Both the position numbers and the translations under genes were made by a program. A model generated the notes under the pieces. The model did no database searches. It was not told the origin of the DNA and saw only the letters and a program-made list of their open reading frames with translations. A DNA stretch of 64,000 nucleotides, taken from NCBI RefSeq assembly GCF_006345805.1, contig NC_043005.1, positions 8,432,001-8,496,000 of the forward strand, read 5' to 3'. Positions within the stretch are counted from its first letter, which is position 1. Each line of letters begins with the position of its first letter. This stretch comes from Octopus sinensis (lineage: Eukaryota). Below are positions 1-13,301 of this stretch, piece after piece.

Positions 1-276
1 CTCTTGACCACTCCCCTAAGAACAATAGCCTGTGACCTGTTTATCTCCTAAATACCAACCTACCCCAAAAACGTATCCCCTGCCACTACCACTCCATTAA
101 ATCTGCCTAAATGAATAAATACCAGAACTTATTTTGACAGCCAGCTTCCTGAAGATTTCATCTGAATGAAACAGTTCTAGTCCTGTAGAAGCTCCTTCTA
201 TAAAATAAATTACTTTACTCTGCTATGTATTGAGTACCTTATTTACTGTGATTTACCCCGACTCAATCCGAGACCT

Positions 277-341
<65 letters not shown>

Positions 342-429
342 TATACATATAAACATAGTTATGTATACATATAAGCAAAAATATATATGTAGTCACTCAC
401 AACACATGTATATTTCTATGAATGTATCA

Positions 430-1265
430 ATGACAATATGTAAATTTATACCTTGTTAAAACGCTACCTGGGAATGTTGTCATTGATGACGAGGCAAATA
501 CCTGATACGTTAAAGCGAAAGTTGCTTTTGATAGTCCCCGTGTTAAACTGTGGAATAGGAGAGGCCTCGCCTCAGAAACAATGATGGAAGTGCATCGGGC
601 CAGAGTTCTCACATCTCTACAGCTACGAATCGTAGACGGTCTATGTATGTCAAGCAAGAAAATTAAAACACTTCCATACCTAATACCTTAGAAAACTTCT
701 TGGTGTAAAGTGACAAGACAAAATCCCAGTCAATAAAGTATTCACCCGTACTAGTGTTCCAAGCATCTGTGCCATCTTGATGCAATCATAGGTTCTGTTC
801 ATTGTATGCTAGAAGTACCTGACATGGAATACAAAGGTCATGTATTCGTATGCCTGACAATTTTCCAAAGAAAAGAGTATATGGGGAAATCAAGAAATGA
901 ATGCTTTCAGGAAAGCTAAAAAGTAAGCGCTTCAAAGACGCTTTAAAAACTTCTCTGAAGGGTTTAAGCATCAGCCGTGTCACATGGGAGAAGATAGCCT
1001 GGGGGAGAGGTAAGTGACGATTAGCAATCAGGTATCAGTAAGGGAAATGCAAACCTGAAATGCACACTCGATTACTGCAACTAAATAACGTAGGCTGGCA
1101 GGCAAGCCAGGAAAACAAGTGCCGTCAAATGTCTAATTTCCACCACATTCCCTGTCCACACTGGTAGAGAATGTTCCGGACTCCTAATCAGTTAGTAACA
1201 TGCTCACAAAGCCGAAATCCGACCTTAGATTCAACTTCAACCCGAAGATGATCAGATGGTCCTTG
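430..1265 (-). mobile_element. Possible highly degenerate L1/Tx1-like ORF2 fragment
   Basis: Minus-strand GPSDH followed by GMWWKLD resembles the end of an APE domain plus the WKLN linker; otherwise unrecognisable. Confidence 0.3.
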
Positions 1266-1507
1266 TCACTTCGACAGACAAGCACCATGTGTATGTATGT
1301 GTGTATGCATGTATGTATACATTACTATATATATATTTTTATAAATAAGGATAATATGGATATTTGAATATCGATATTATCAAGTGGCCAGCATGGGAAA
1401 AAATGCCATACCATACTTTCCTTCTTTCCTGAGAGTCCAATAACACTATACTTGTACCACGTCCTCGCGTTGTTTTGTTTTCTCTTTGTGTTTTCATGTT
1501 TGGATTA

Positions 1508-1786
<279 letters not shown>

Positions 1787-1787
1787 A

Positions 1788-2019
1788 GGGCAGCGAGCTG
1801 GCAGAAACGTTAGCACGCCGGGCGAAATGCGTATCCGTATTTCGTCTGCCGTTACGTTCTGAGTTCAAATTCCGCCGAGGTCGACTTTGCCTTTCATCCT
1901 TTCGGGGTCGATAAATTAAGTACCAGTTACGCACTGGGGTCGATATAATCGACTTAATCAGTTTGTCTGTCCTTGTTTATCCACTCTATGTTTAGCCCCT
2001 TGTGGGTAGTAAAGAAATA
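1788..2019 (+). mobile_element. tRNA-derived SINE, family A (full length)
   Basis: GGCAGCGAGCTGGCAGAAACG head, B-box-like GAGTTCAAATTCC, body CCTTTCATCCTTTCGGGGTCGATAAATTAAGTACC, tail GTAAAGAAATA; near-identical to copies at 5636, 8424, 29496, 43394, 44183. Confidence 0.9.
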
Positions 2020-2265
2020 TATATATAATTATACATATTTCCATATGCACAATCAGAAAAGAGTTGCTAATAGTTTCATACTTTACATTTAATAGGCAGA
2101 TTTCTATAACGTGTCAAATATCTCCAAGCGATCTTTCAAGCTCAGTTCATAACGTTAGGTGTATTTAAAAGTTAGAACGCTGGACTATGAGAAAATTTGA
2201 GAAAAAAAAAGAAGAAAAAATAACAGAAGAAAACTGGAAAAATATTGCTATCTATATATATATAC

Positions 2266-2331
2266 AAGGCGGTGCTCCAGCATGACCGCAGTCAAATGAC
2301 TGAAACAAGTAAGAGAGTAAAAGAGTAAAAG
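2266..2331 (+). mobile_element. SINE B 3'-tail-only fragment
   Basis: AAGGCGGTGCTCCAGCATGACCGCAGTCAAATGACTGAAACAAGTAAGAGAGTAAAAG. Confidence 0.85.
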
Positions 2332-2723
2332 ACATAAACACATACATACACACATGCACGCACATACACACACATACACACGCGCACACACATGTATGTG
2401 TAGGTGTATGTTTTAAAAGGCAAATGGCAAGGGATGTATGTGAGCGTGGTAGAAACAGAGGAAAAGAGTGGGAGAGCAGGACCCATACAGCATATTTCCC
2501 TTCTCCAATATAGGTTTTTCTTTATAATTAAAATCTGTTCAAATAGTAAATTCTTACATCAATACACAAATGTTAGTGTTTGCATTAATTATTAAGTATT
2601 GTTTTAAATATATATATATATATATAATAATTATTATTATTTCAGGGAATAAAATCAAAACTTACAAGGAAAAAGAATTCAATTTAGAAATACTAAATCA
2701 AATTCCACACAATATAATATATA

Positions 2724-3046
2724 TATAAAATATTAGAAAGAAACCCACCTTTTATCAATTCAAAATGAATAATTAAATTACACCATCTAGAATATTACAT
2801 ATAATAGAAAAGTTAAAATTAAAATAACAATAAAAAGTAAAGTTTAAGTAACTTACAAAAATAATATAATGTATATAATAGGTTTTATATACATTATATA
2901 CATTATATTATTTTTGTAATTTACTTAATCTTTATTTTTTATTGTTATTTTAATTTCAACTTTTCTATTATATGTAATTTTCTAGATGGTGTAATTTAAT
3001 TATTCATTTTGAATTGATAAAAGGTGTTTTTTTCTAATATTTTATA
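2724..3046. repeat. AT-rich imperfect inverted repeat, arms about 155 bp
   Basis: e.g. CACCTTTTATCAATTCAAAATGAATAATTAAATTACACCATCTAGAA versus its reverse complement at about 2979-3026. Confidence 0.9.
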
Positions 3047-3078
3047 TATATATATATATATATACACATACATATACA

Positions 3079-3120
<42 letters not shown>

Positions 3121-3842
3121 AGTGTGTATGTGTGTATGGTATGTGTGTATGTGTATCCATGTATACGTATATGTTTATAAGTGATGTCAATGAGTATAAA
3201 TTAAGTAGGTGGAGAATTAACCGGATGTTAATCTGTTGAGTATTTTCCGAGCATCGGTTTGTTACACTACATTATAATTAAACCTCTCAGTGTGATACTG
3301 TAAACAAAACAAATCAAATAAAAAATACATACAAATGACATAACTGATTTAATACAATTAATCAGTAATAAATCACTGTTGTGATTGCTAATTTAATTAA
3401 AATTAATGAGTAATACATCAGTTTATTGATTGTTATCGCACGAACACAGGATACGGATAACGGAAATTAAATAACTATTATTTATTGCAAATTTCATCGA
3501 ATACATGTAGTTTTATCTGCTTATTAAAGCTACTTTCATTTTCATGTACGGTCCTATAGAATTTATGGAGGTATAACAGGTGGAAGATACAAAATTTCAC
3601 TCACCTTCCGTTTTCCAACTATCCCCACCACCACCGTGAAACATTTTCTAATTCAAGAATTCAAAATAATTCAGAATTGTTTATCAATTATGGAAATATT
3701 TTCAACACAAGAGCATGTGTTGTGAACATTTAGGAACCAAATACTTATTTTTTATTTACTTGAGATTTTTCTGCAATTTTTAAAAGTTATGCATTCCATA
3801 TAGTTCAAAGTAACATTTCTTTTAAAATATTTTGACAAAACG

Positions 3843-4075
3843 GAGATGTACCCACATAGCAAGTGATTTGATCTGAGATCGTGTGCTGAAACGAAAACAA
3901 TTGCAGCGTGGAAGGTGTTTGTAAGCCATTTAAGAAACACACAAAAGCCGTTCGATTCACTTCAACATTTAAGTTTAATTTGTGAAAATATTTTCGTCGC
4001 TAAAATCCGCGACCTGTTCACTGACAAAAATCCGTGCTGCATCTGCTTCCACGCTGCAATTGTATTTTGACAAAA
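3843..4075 (-). mobile_element. Family I short element (hammerhead-bearing) with terminal inverted fragment
   Basis: 3843-4045 colinear with 26601-26802; 4048-4064 is an inverted copy of 3897-3913. Confidence 0.75.
3979..4028 (-). ncRNA. Second copy of the G3:C8 hammerhead-like fold
   Basis: Same core and stems; one stem I mismatch. Confidence 0.55.
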
Positions 4076-4694
4076 TTTCTATAAGAAAGACAGAATCATT
4101 CATAAAACAGTACGAGGAGATGCTGAAAGGCTCCTGGCTTTGTATAAAAGAAAATATAGGTGGTTCAATTAATTATGATGTTATTCAACGTATTTCACTT
4201 TCAGATTCACACACTTATTGGAGCGGTCCTTCAATTTTTCTAAGTCCTGTAAGAGAAATCGGAAGGTTGGTCCTCAAACTCGGTTTTTCGTGACACCTTT
4301 AAAGCTAAGAAATTTTCAGCACCACCTCGTGTGCATAACTCAAAAGAGACAAAAATTTGCTTAAATAAGGTAGCAGATGCTCGCACATTTGCTGATCACA
4401 ACTGAGAGGCTAAAACAGCCCTAAATTGGAACATGGTTTGCATCATTCATAGCTATAGTTATGACTGTCATATGACCTCTGTACTGGTATAAAACTTTGA
4501 CGTGACCTTCGTGCGCGGCAATCGCATTGGCATCCCCAACCAATCTATGATAATGAATAGCGACCTAAGCAACATTTTCTGTATAAAAACAAAGTATTCA
4601 TAGAAGAATGGGTAGAAAAGATACAATTTGCAATACAGCTCCATCTCCTTCAGAACGTGCATTGTTGAAAATAAACGCATGTGAACAGGTTGAG

Positions 4695-4790
<96 letters not shown>

Positions 4791-4809
4791 AATATATCTA
4801 TCTATCTAT

Positions 4810-4850
<41 letters not shown>

Positions 4851-4906
4851 ATATATATATATATAATATATAAATATATCTATCTATCTATTATCTATCT
4901 ATCTAT

Positions 4907-4979
<73 letters not shown>

Positions 4980-5635
4980 ATATATATAGATGTATTACAA
5001 TTTAAATAAATCTTTGTGTACATTTTTCTTTCATTGTTTCTTCTATACTACAAATTGTTTGGATTAGTATGTGTGTGTGTTTGTGTGCGTGGGTATATAC
5101 ACGCGCGTACCTTCACACACACGTATATAGTACTATATTGCCAGACATCTACATGGCGTCTCACTGTTACCTATAACAATTTACAATGTTATCCACAGAG
5201 CTTTGGCTTCGGGATTTTTTTTTACTCCGTATTGATGCACACGCAACCTGAACACCTGGCGATTGATTTTGAGAAGTTTGCAATGAGAAGAAGACAACAT
5301 AAGCAGGTTCTATAAATTTCACACTATTCAGCAGCTACACAAATACACAACTAAATTTATCGCAATTTTATCTGTATTTACCCCAGAATCTCCGATGATG
5401 ACATATCTGGTACACGGGAAGGAAAAATATTTGTTTTTCCGTTAGAGCCAACATATTCCCTAGATTCTCTGCAAAGAATTTTTGGGGCGGTGAAGTAAAG
5501 AATTTCTGGGACGATGCAGCCACTGTAAAACTTGACTGCATCGAAATTAATTTCGTTTGGAAAAACATGGCATCAGTTACTAACACATAAGCCCTCACGT
5601 GTTTTGTTTCCTCGAGATATCTTGACCTTAATACC

Positions 5636-5867
5636 TATTTCTTTACTACCCACAAGGGGCTAAACACAGAGGGGACAAACAAGGACAGACAAACGGATTA
5701 AGTCGATTACATCGACCCCAGTGCGTAACTGGTACTTATTTAATCGACCCCGAAAGGATGAAAGGCAAAGTCGACCTCGGCGGAATTTGAACTCAGAACA
5801 TAACGGCAGACGAAATACTGCTAAGCGTTTCGCCCGGCGTGCTAACGTTTCTGCCAGCTCGCCGCCT
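5636..5867 (-). mobile_element. SINE family A with 18-bp TSD
   Basis: Reverse complement of family A; TATCTTGACCTTAATACC at 5618-5635 and 5868-5885. Confidence 0.93.
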
Positions 5868-6120
5868 TATCTTGACCTTAATACCATTACATCTTAGTCC
5901 TTTCTGGTGTAGGAAAGTATGTTCCTTTCGCCTCATCCTCAATTAAGATGGCTTTGGCCACTCTCCTCTTTTGATCTAGTCTAATTGACAGGTCGAGTGG
6001 TCATTGTAATCCATCCTGACAAGGAATCTGATGCTTCCTTCCTTTCTAGTTCATATTTTCTGCGCACATATCAGCTTCCTATGTTTGAAGTAGATTATCA
6101 TACTGATAATGTATGTGAAG

Positions 6121-6455
6121 GGGCATGGCTCAGTGGTTAGAGCGTCGAGCTTACGATCGTGAGGTTGTGATCTCGTATCCCGGACAGGGCTGCGTGTTGT
6201 GTTCTTGAGCAAGGCACTTTATTTCACGTTTTTTCCAGTTCACTCAGCTGTAGAAATGGGTTGTGACGTCACGGGTGCCAGGCTGTATCGGCCTTTGCCT
6301 TTCCCTTGGATAACACTGGTGGCGGGGAGAGGGGAGGCCGGTATGCATGGGCGACCGCTGGTCTTCCATAAACCACCTTGCCCAGACTTATGCCTGGGAG
6401 GCTAACTTTCTAGGTGCAATCCCATGGTCTGTGTCGTGACCGAAGGGAGTCTCAG
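6121..6455 (+). mobile_element. tRNA-derived SINE, family C
   Basis: A box TGGCTCAGTGG; degenerate TSD TAATGTATGTGAAG (6107-6120) / TAACGTATGAGAAG (6456-6469). Confidence 0.9.
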
Positions 6456-7161
6456 TAACGTATGAGAAGTTCTACATTATGCGTCAATTGTTTCACTCTC
6501 TGGATTTGGAGTCTATTTCAGGTGTGGGTTTGCGTAGACCTGATGAGAAACTGAAAATTATTTGCTCTCAGTATTTATTATATTAGCGCTGCTTTTAATT
6601 CATATGTATATTTCTCTTAGGTATGCAATTTCCGGGTATATCGGCTCATGATTTTACAAGCCATGAGCATATAAATCGTTGGACTGGCTAGCTGACTCGC
6701 CTTTGACCCAGGCTGGTAGGTTGTGTTGATAAGCCGCAAAAATGGCGAAACATCGATGTCCTTCACTCCCAAATAGGATTGAGGGTGAGTTATCTCGCCT
6801 CTCCATGGCTTTAAATTGTTTTAACACTGGCGATATGAGAGATACTCCGCTAAGCCATTGCAGCCACCGGAAAATACACAAAGCATATACATTAGTATAT
6901 GTATATATATATATATATATATATGCAGGGTACAAAGTTTTGAAGGGGATAAATGTTTTTATTTCTCCTCTAGTTTCAGAATTACTACTATTTTTGCGGT
7001 TTTGAGTTTAGCTGCTCTTTTCAAGTGAATCGAACGACCTTCTCAGGGTCATTCCTTAATTATTTGTTGAATATATTATATAGTCTGTGACTATCTCTAT
7101 TTTCTCACTTGACCGCTGGTTGCAGAAAATTTTTCTTGAATTTTTTGTTACCCTTATATTG

Positions 7162-7210
<49 letters not shown>

Positions 7211-7212
<2 letters not shown>

Positions 7213-7405
7213 TTTATTTAAAGCAGCAGAAAATTCAACAAAACTGTTTGCTAGCAAAAACTGTCCGATGAACGGCAACGGGAAACTCAGAGTAACAGGT
7301 TTTGTTGAATTTTCTGCTGTTTTAAATAAAGCATATTACTTTACCACTGGTATTTGAGTACTCTTTTTTCCACCTTGTTTCACATTTATGTGTTTACTTC
7401 GGTAT
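7211..7405 (+). mobile_element. Family F short element in (TA)n
   Basis: Reverse complement of 49624-49855; an approximately 35-bp inverted repeat encloses the ribozyme-like fold. Confidence 0.8.
7261..7298 (+). ncRNA. Hammerhead-like fold with CCGATGA core (family F)
   Basis: CTGT / CCGATGA / A-CG-GCAA-CG-G / GAAA / CTCAGAG / TA / ACAG; palindromic ACTC-A-GAGT; second copy at 49731-49768 on the minus strand. Confidence 0.5.
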
Positions 7406-7416
7406 ATATATATATA

Positions 7417-7460
<44 letters not shown>

Positions 7461-8423
7461 TATTTACACACACACACACACACATATATATAAAGCATAA
7501 CTGTGTGTACTTATGAATGGTAGGACAGTTGCCTCACTTAGCTTGAAGCGAAAAATAAACAGATAATTAAACGTTAATTATTCCGTTGATTTACGCAAGA
7601 TTCAAAATATTTATTAAAAAAAATATTTTCTTGTTTTAAATCATGTAAGTTTAATCACGAAAATTTTAATTAGTTCTATGTATTTATCAGCTAGAAAGTA
7701 TATGCTATTTAATGTAAGAATATTTAGTAAAACAAACTAATAATAATTAGTAATGGAAGCATCTATCTCCTGGAAGCTTTTTTTCATAGTTTAATCTATA
7801 TGTATATCATCTTGTTTTCTTGTAGTCACAGAAAACCGTTTCGTCAAATGAGATTGAAGAAAGATTATAATGTATAAAATGTAAAAAAAAAAAAACTTAG
7901 AGAAATTGTTTGTAAACATTTATAAGACATATCGAAATATATGAAGAACAATAAAAATAATGCTGCTAAAACCTATAACACACACACACAAGCATACGCA
8001 CACACACGTACATGCGCACACACGCACAAACAAGGACACAAACGCATGCGCACATATAGGTACACAACTTAGTAGAAGAAATAGAATGGATTAAGTGGAG
8101 CAAGAACACACATTATCAAAATAAATAAATAAATAAAAATGCCATAATAATGGAAATTCGTAGCACTTTGATTTGCTTATGTTTTTACGTAAATAATATT
8201 TAGTAAATAGTATTTAGTAGATATCAAACCCCCACACCCACAGGTTACACAGGTAGAGTACAATAGTTAGTGGGCTGTTATGTAGATAGATGTATGCATG
8301 CGTGTGTGTGTGTGAGTGTGGATGTAAGTATATATATGTATATGAACATGTATTTAAGCATATGGATATGAAAGTAAGCAGATCAATATACAGACGGATA
8401 GATATATCGGTTACATGAACAAA

Positions 8424-8841
8424 TTAAGGCGGAGAGTTGGTAGAAACGGTAGCACGTCGAGCGAAATGCCTAGCGGTATTTCGTCTGCGTTACGTTGTGA
8501 GTTCAAATTCCGCCGAGGTCGACTTTGCCTTTCATCCTTTCGGGGTCGATAAATTAAGTACCAGTTACGCACTGGGGTCGATGTAATCGACTTAAAACCT
8601 ATGTCTGTCCTTGTTTGTCCGCTCTGTGTTTAGCCCCTTGTGAGTAACAAAGAAATAGGTATTTCATCTGCCGTTACGTTGTGAGTTCAAATTCCGCCGA
8701 GGTCGACTTTACCTTTCATCCTTTCGGGGTCGATAAATTAAGTACCAGTTACGCACTGGGGTCGATATAATCGACTTAATACCTATGTATGTCCTTGTTT
8801 GTCCCTTCTATGTTTAGCCCCTTGTAGGTAATAAAGAAATA
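8424..8841 (+). mobile_element. SINE family A partial dimer within one 15-bp TSD
   Basis: Full unit 8424-8657 plus 5'-truncated unit 8658-8841; GGTTACATGAACAAA at 8409-8423 and 8842-8856. Confidence 0.9.
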
Positions 8842-9011
8842 GGTTACATGAACAAACAAGCACACATACGCACACATACACATATGAAGACTGAAACGCA
8901 TGAGCATATATACACACACACTTTGCTTCACATAAGAACACATAGGGAGACACACGTCCATACATATGGAGATGCACATCCATAAATACAAACACAGTAC
9001 ATAATTGCAAG

Positions 9012-9045
<34 letters not shown>

Positions 9046-9199
9046 AGACATGGACACACAAGGAGACAAAGGTACACAAACACATATACAAACACACAAA
9101 AACAGACGCAGGCATACACACATGCATAAAATCACGCAAACACGAACACGCAAACACATGAATATGCAGAATACATACATGCAAATATACATATATATA

Positions 9200-9595
9200 C
9201 TAGCAGTATCGCCCGGCGTTGCTCGGATTTGTAAGGGGAATAACTATATAAGCATTTTTAGAGATGTAAAGTATAATAGCCATCTCAATATGGTTAACCA
9301 CAAAGGGGGGGTGTTATTGTAGCTTTTTACGTTCTGAGATTTAATAATAAATTTTTAGAGAGTTACTTCTCTTATATATGCCAAAAATGCATTAAAAATG
9401 GGAAAAAATGATAGTAATTTTTTTTTTAAATCGTAGACTCATCGTAGATGCACGCTAATACCCAGAAGGGCTCGATATGAATCACGACTATAAGATACCC
9501 GGTTTTGGTTAAACTGCACCGCAAAATGTGGCAGTAGTTAGGAATCTAAATCGTAGGAGACAGACAGCACACAACCTCTCTTTTATATATAAAGA
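9200..9595 (-). mobile_element. Non-autonomous Helitron, family H1
   Basis: Minus strand A|TCTTTATATATAAAA ... CCGAGCAACGCCGGG hairpin ... CTAG|T; 396 bp. Confidence 0.88.
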
Positions 9596-10039
9596 TATAT
9601 ATATATACATAAGTACACACACATACATGCATTCACACACATGCATACATACATGCATACATACATGTGTAGGCACACACACACGCACACACACACACAC
9701 TAACATGCGCACAAACAAGCAAAAAAGAACGCAGTGTGAATAACGAACGCAGTCAAAACTATTGGAAAGGTTGCAAAACGCAACGAAAATCTTAGAAAAA
9801 TAATAAAGAAATAAGTGGGAAATTTTACCGGTGAGTGTTTTAAATTATAAGGCACTAAAAGAGAATCACTCTCCCCAAACACAACAGAATATTTTAAAGC
9901 TTATAGTTAAGATTTCAATAATAAAGGAAGCTAGCTAAAACGTTAGACTGGTTGTAGAAAAATAACAAGGAGGCGAATATGTGTGCTCATGTGCGTATGT
10001 ATTTGTACTTATATATGTTTATGACTTCCTCTCTCTCTT

Positions 10040-10041
10040 TC

Positions 10042-10094
<53 letters not shown>

Positions 10095-10095
10095 G

Positions 10096-10134
<39 letters not shown>

Positions 10135-10135
10135 G

Positions 10136-10230
<95 letters not shown>
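10040..10230. repeat. (TATC)n microsatellite; others at about 4797-4980, 10604-10692, 12672-12906, 53768-53995, 56165-56197
   Basis: Direct inspection; these produce the YLSI-repeat spurious ORFs. Confidence 0.95.
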
Positions 10231-10603
10231 GAATGACGAAGCCACCTTGATTATGATTCTATGAACCGTAAAAATTAATACAGAGAGTTGCTTATTTGCA
10301 ACAAAAAAAGAAATATAACATGTGACTTCATTGACCGAGGTTACCGTGGTCTTTTCCGTAGGCTTTTCTTTCCACGGGTAAACATCACCTGTCCTCCCCT
10401 TTACACTTCATATTGACATTTCTGTGATAACGATCCCTATTGATAATTTTTTTTTCCTTTCCCTTCCCCCCCTTTTTAAAAAATTTTATTTTACTATCCC
10501 TTTTGATCGAAAACCAAACCGCCTTTTTTTACCCCCAAAAGAAAAGCTCTACCTTGTAATTTGTCCTGTCTGTGTGCAGCCCTGTGTGGCTAATAAAGAA
10601 ACA

Positions 10604-10605
<2 letters not shown>
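10231..10605 (+). mobile_element. 3' end of an L1/Tx1-like non-LTR element embedded in (TATC)n
   Basis: Homologous to the reverse complement of 12124-12460; ends AATAAAGAAACATA then (TCTA)n; (TATC)n on both flanks. Confidence 0.7.
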
Positions 10606-10692
<87 letters not shown>

Positions 10693-10986
10693 GTCAGTGT
10701 CAGCTCGACAGTAGCACAGAATGGCAATAGAGAGCTAGCGTTCCCATTCTGTGGTCCGAACCAGCGAATGAAAATGAGACGTAATCATCATTGAGTGATG
10801 GCCGGGTTATTTTTTTTAAACATTTGTTTGATATATACCAAAGAACCTAGTATCCAAACGATCAGACATGTTTTTCTCAGTCACGTGAAACATAAGATAA
10901 TGCATTATTCCATTAATACACTTGTATACATACACATGTACTTTTGTATGTCTTGGTGTGACGTCTGTCTGTATATATATATATAT

Positions 10987-11039
<53 letters not shown>

Positions 11040-11075
11040 GTGTGTGTATGAATATATAGATAGTTATAAATACAT

Positions 11076-11348
11076 GCCTTGTGAGTGGATTTGGTAGACG
11101 GAAACTGAAAGAAGCCTGTCGTATATATATGTATGTATATGTTTGTGTGTCTGTGTTTTTCCCCTCCTAGCATTGCTTGACAACCGATGCTGGTGTGTTT
11201 ACGTCCCCGTCACCTAGCGGTTCGGCAAAAGAGACCGATAGAATAAGTACTGGGCTTACAAAGAATAAGTCCTGGGGTCGATTTGCTCGACTAAAGGCGG
11301 TGCTCCAGCATGGCCGCAGTCAAATGACTGAAACAAGTAAAAGAGTAA
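11076..11348 (+). mobile_element. SINE B, 5'-truncated
   Basis: Matches 18567 onward, including the tail. Confidence 0.9.
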
Positions 11349-11464
11349 AGGAATCTTTATCAGACTCTGAATAATCAAATCATATATATATATATATACA
11401 GCGAGAGAGAGAGAGAGAGAGATACGTATATATATATATATATATATATATGCATCTCTCTCTC

Positions 11465-11568
<104 letters not shown>

Positions 11569-11607
11569 CAAGATAAGAAAATGGAGAAATACATCTAAAT
11601 CAAATAT

Positions 11608-11647
<40 letters not shown>

Positions 11648-12123
11648 TTATACCTATCTATATATTCATACACACACGTGCATGTGCACACACATATATG
11701 CACACACATATATGCACACACGCACATATACGTATGTATGTGTATGTATGTGCACTTGTGTGTGCATAAGATCGTTTTCTTAGCATTGTTACGGATATCT
11801 GGGTTTCCAACAGTAATTCGTTAATATTCAAAACATACATATCTTAGAAAACTATAAAGTCCAATAGTTTATTCTTCCCAAGCTCTTTCTTCCGGAATAA
11901 TTGTATTAGAGCATGTTAGCCTGGAATTCTAAAATACCAAGAATGATTTCACACTTGTACAAATGCGCTCACGCACATACATAAGAATATATGACAAAAC
12001 ATCATACGTACATATATACACACACACAGACACACACACACACGTATGAGAGAGAGAGAGAAAAATACGTAGTGACAGACAGAGGGGCAAACAGACAGAT
12101 AGACAGATAGACAGACAGATAGG

Positions 12124-12671
12124 TATGTTTCTTCATTAGGCTCACAAGGCCGAACACAGAGGAGTCAAATTACAAAGTAGAGCTTTTCTTTTAGGGGAAG
12201 AAAAAGTGGGGGGGTGGGTAGGTTTTCGATCAAAAGGGATCGTAAAAACAAAGGTTCAATGGGGATCGTGTATCACAGAAATGTCCTGATGTAAAGTGTA
12301 AAGAGAGAAACAGATGAGGTTTATCCGTGGAAAGAAAAGCCTACGAAAAAACCACGGTAACCTTGGCCAATATTGTTATATGTTACCACATTTGTTTGCA
12401 AGTGAGTAACCCTCTGTTTTTAATTTCTGGGTTCATAGGATTATGCTGAAGGTGGCTTCGTCATTCATACCTGACATCCTTGCTACATTCAGCCACCTTT
12501 TTTTGAAACATTCGCTAGACAAAACTTGCCTCTCTACTTTCACTTTCCTTTTCAAGTGGTACTTGAAGAAGTTGATGAGAGATTGACCAGAGAGGAAAAT
12601 GTTTGTCTCTAATCCTTTCAGACGCGTCCACCATATACATTCTTTCGCCATAGCCACATGTATGATGAAAA
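12124..12671 (-). mobile_element. L1/Tx1-like ORF2 C-terminus plus 3'UTR between (TATC)n/(TCTG)n tracts
   Basis: ORF 12657-12433 AKECIWWTR...FFKYHLKRKVKVE...F.KRW resembles L1/Tx1 C-termini (from memory); 3'UTR shared with the 10231 copy. Confidence 0.65.
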
Positions 12672-12704
12672 TAGACAGACAGATAGATAGATAGACAGAT
12701 AGAT

Positions 12705-12741
<37 letters not shown>

Positions 12742-12759
12742 TATAGATAGCTAGATAGT

Positions 12760-12856
<97 letters not shown>

Positions 12857-12865
12857 CTATCTATA

Positions 12866-12907
<42 letters not shown>

Positions 12908-13301
12908 ATCAAAGTTACATCTCCATCTCTCCCTCTCCATCTTCCCCTCTATATATATGTGTGTGTTATTGTGTGTGTATGTGTGCATTATGTGTAGTGT
13001 GTTTACGCGCGTGTGTATAGTTACATTCCGTTTTATAGTGTTCAGCATGTTGAAAATTAAATAATTAAAATGTGGTGACACTCCACGTGCTGTCGTAATG
13101 TATGTACGTCTGTTTCAATACTTCAAAGGGATGAGCTCGTATTGCTTAAAATGCATATTCTTTTGATGAATGTAAGATTGCATACTTTCAGATAATTCAA
13201 TTGATTATTCTGAACCATATTGCTTGAGTTGCAAACTGTATTGTATACCTTTCAAGAATTGTGAGTCGAATATCGCTCATATAATTGAATTATTTTTACA
13301 G

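Noticed and set aside
6121-6200. tRNA-like heads with A/B boxes (also 15061, 60309, 61780)
   Set aside because: They continue into multi-copy SINE bodies with TSDs; not tRNA genes
6540-6570. CTGATGAG...GAAA as a hammerhead
   Set aside because: No stem I or III and no NUH triplet in register
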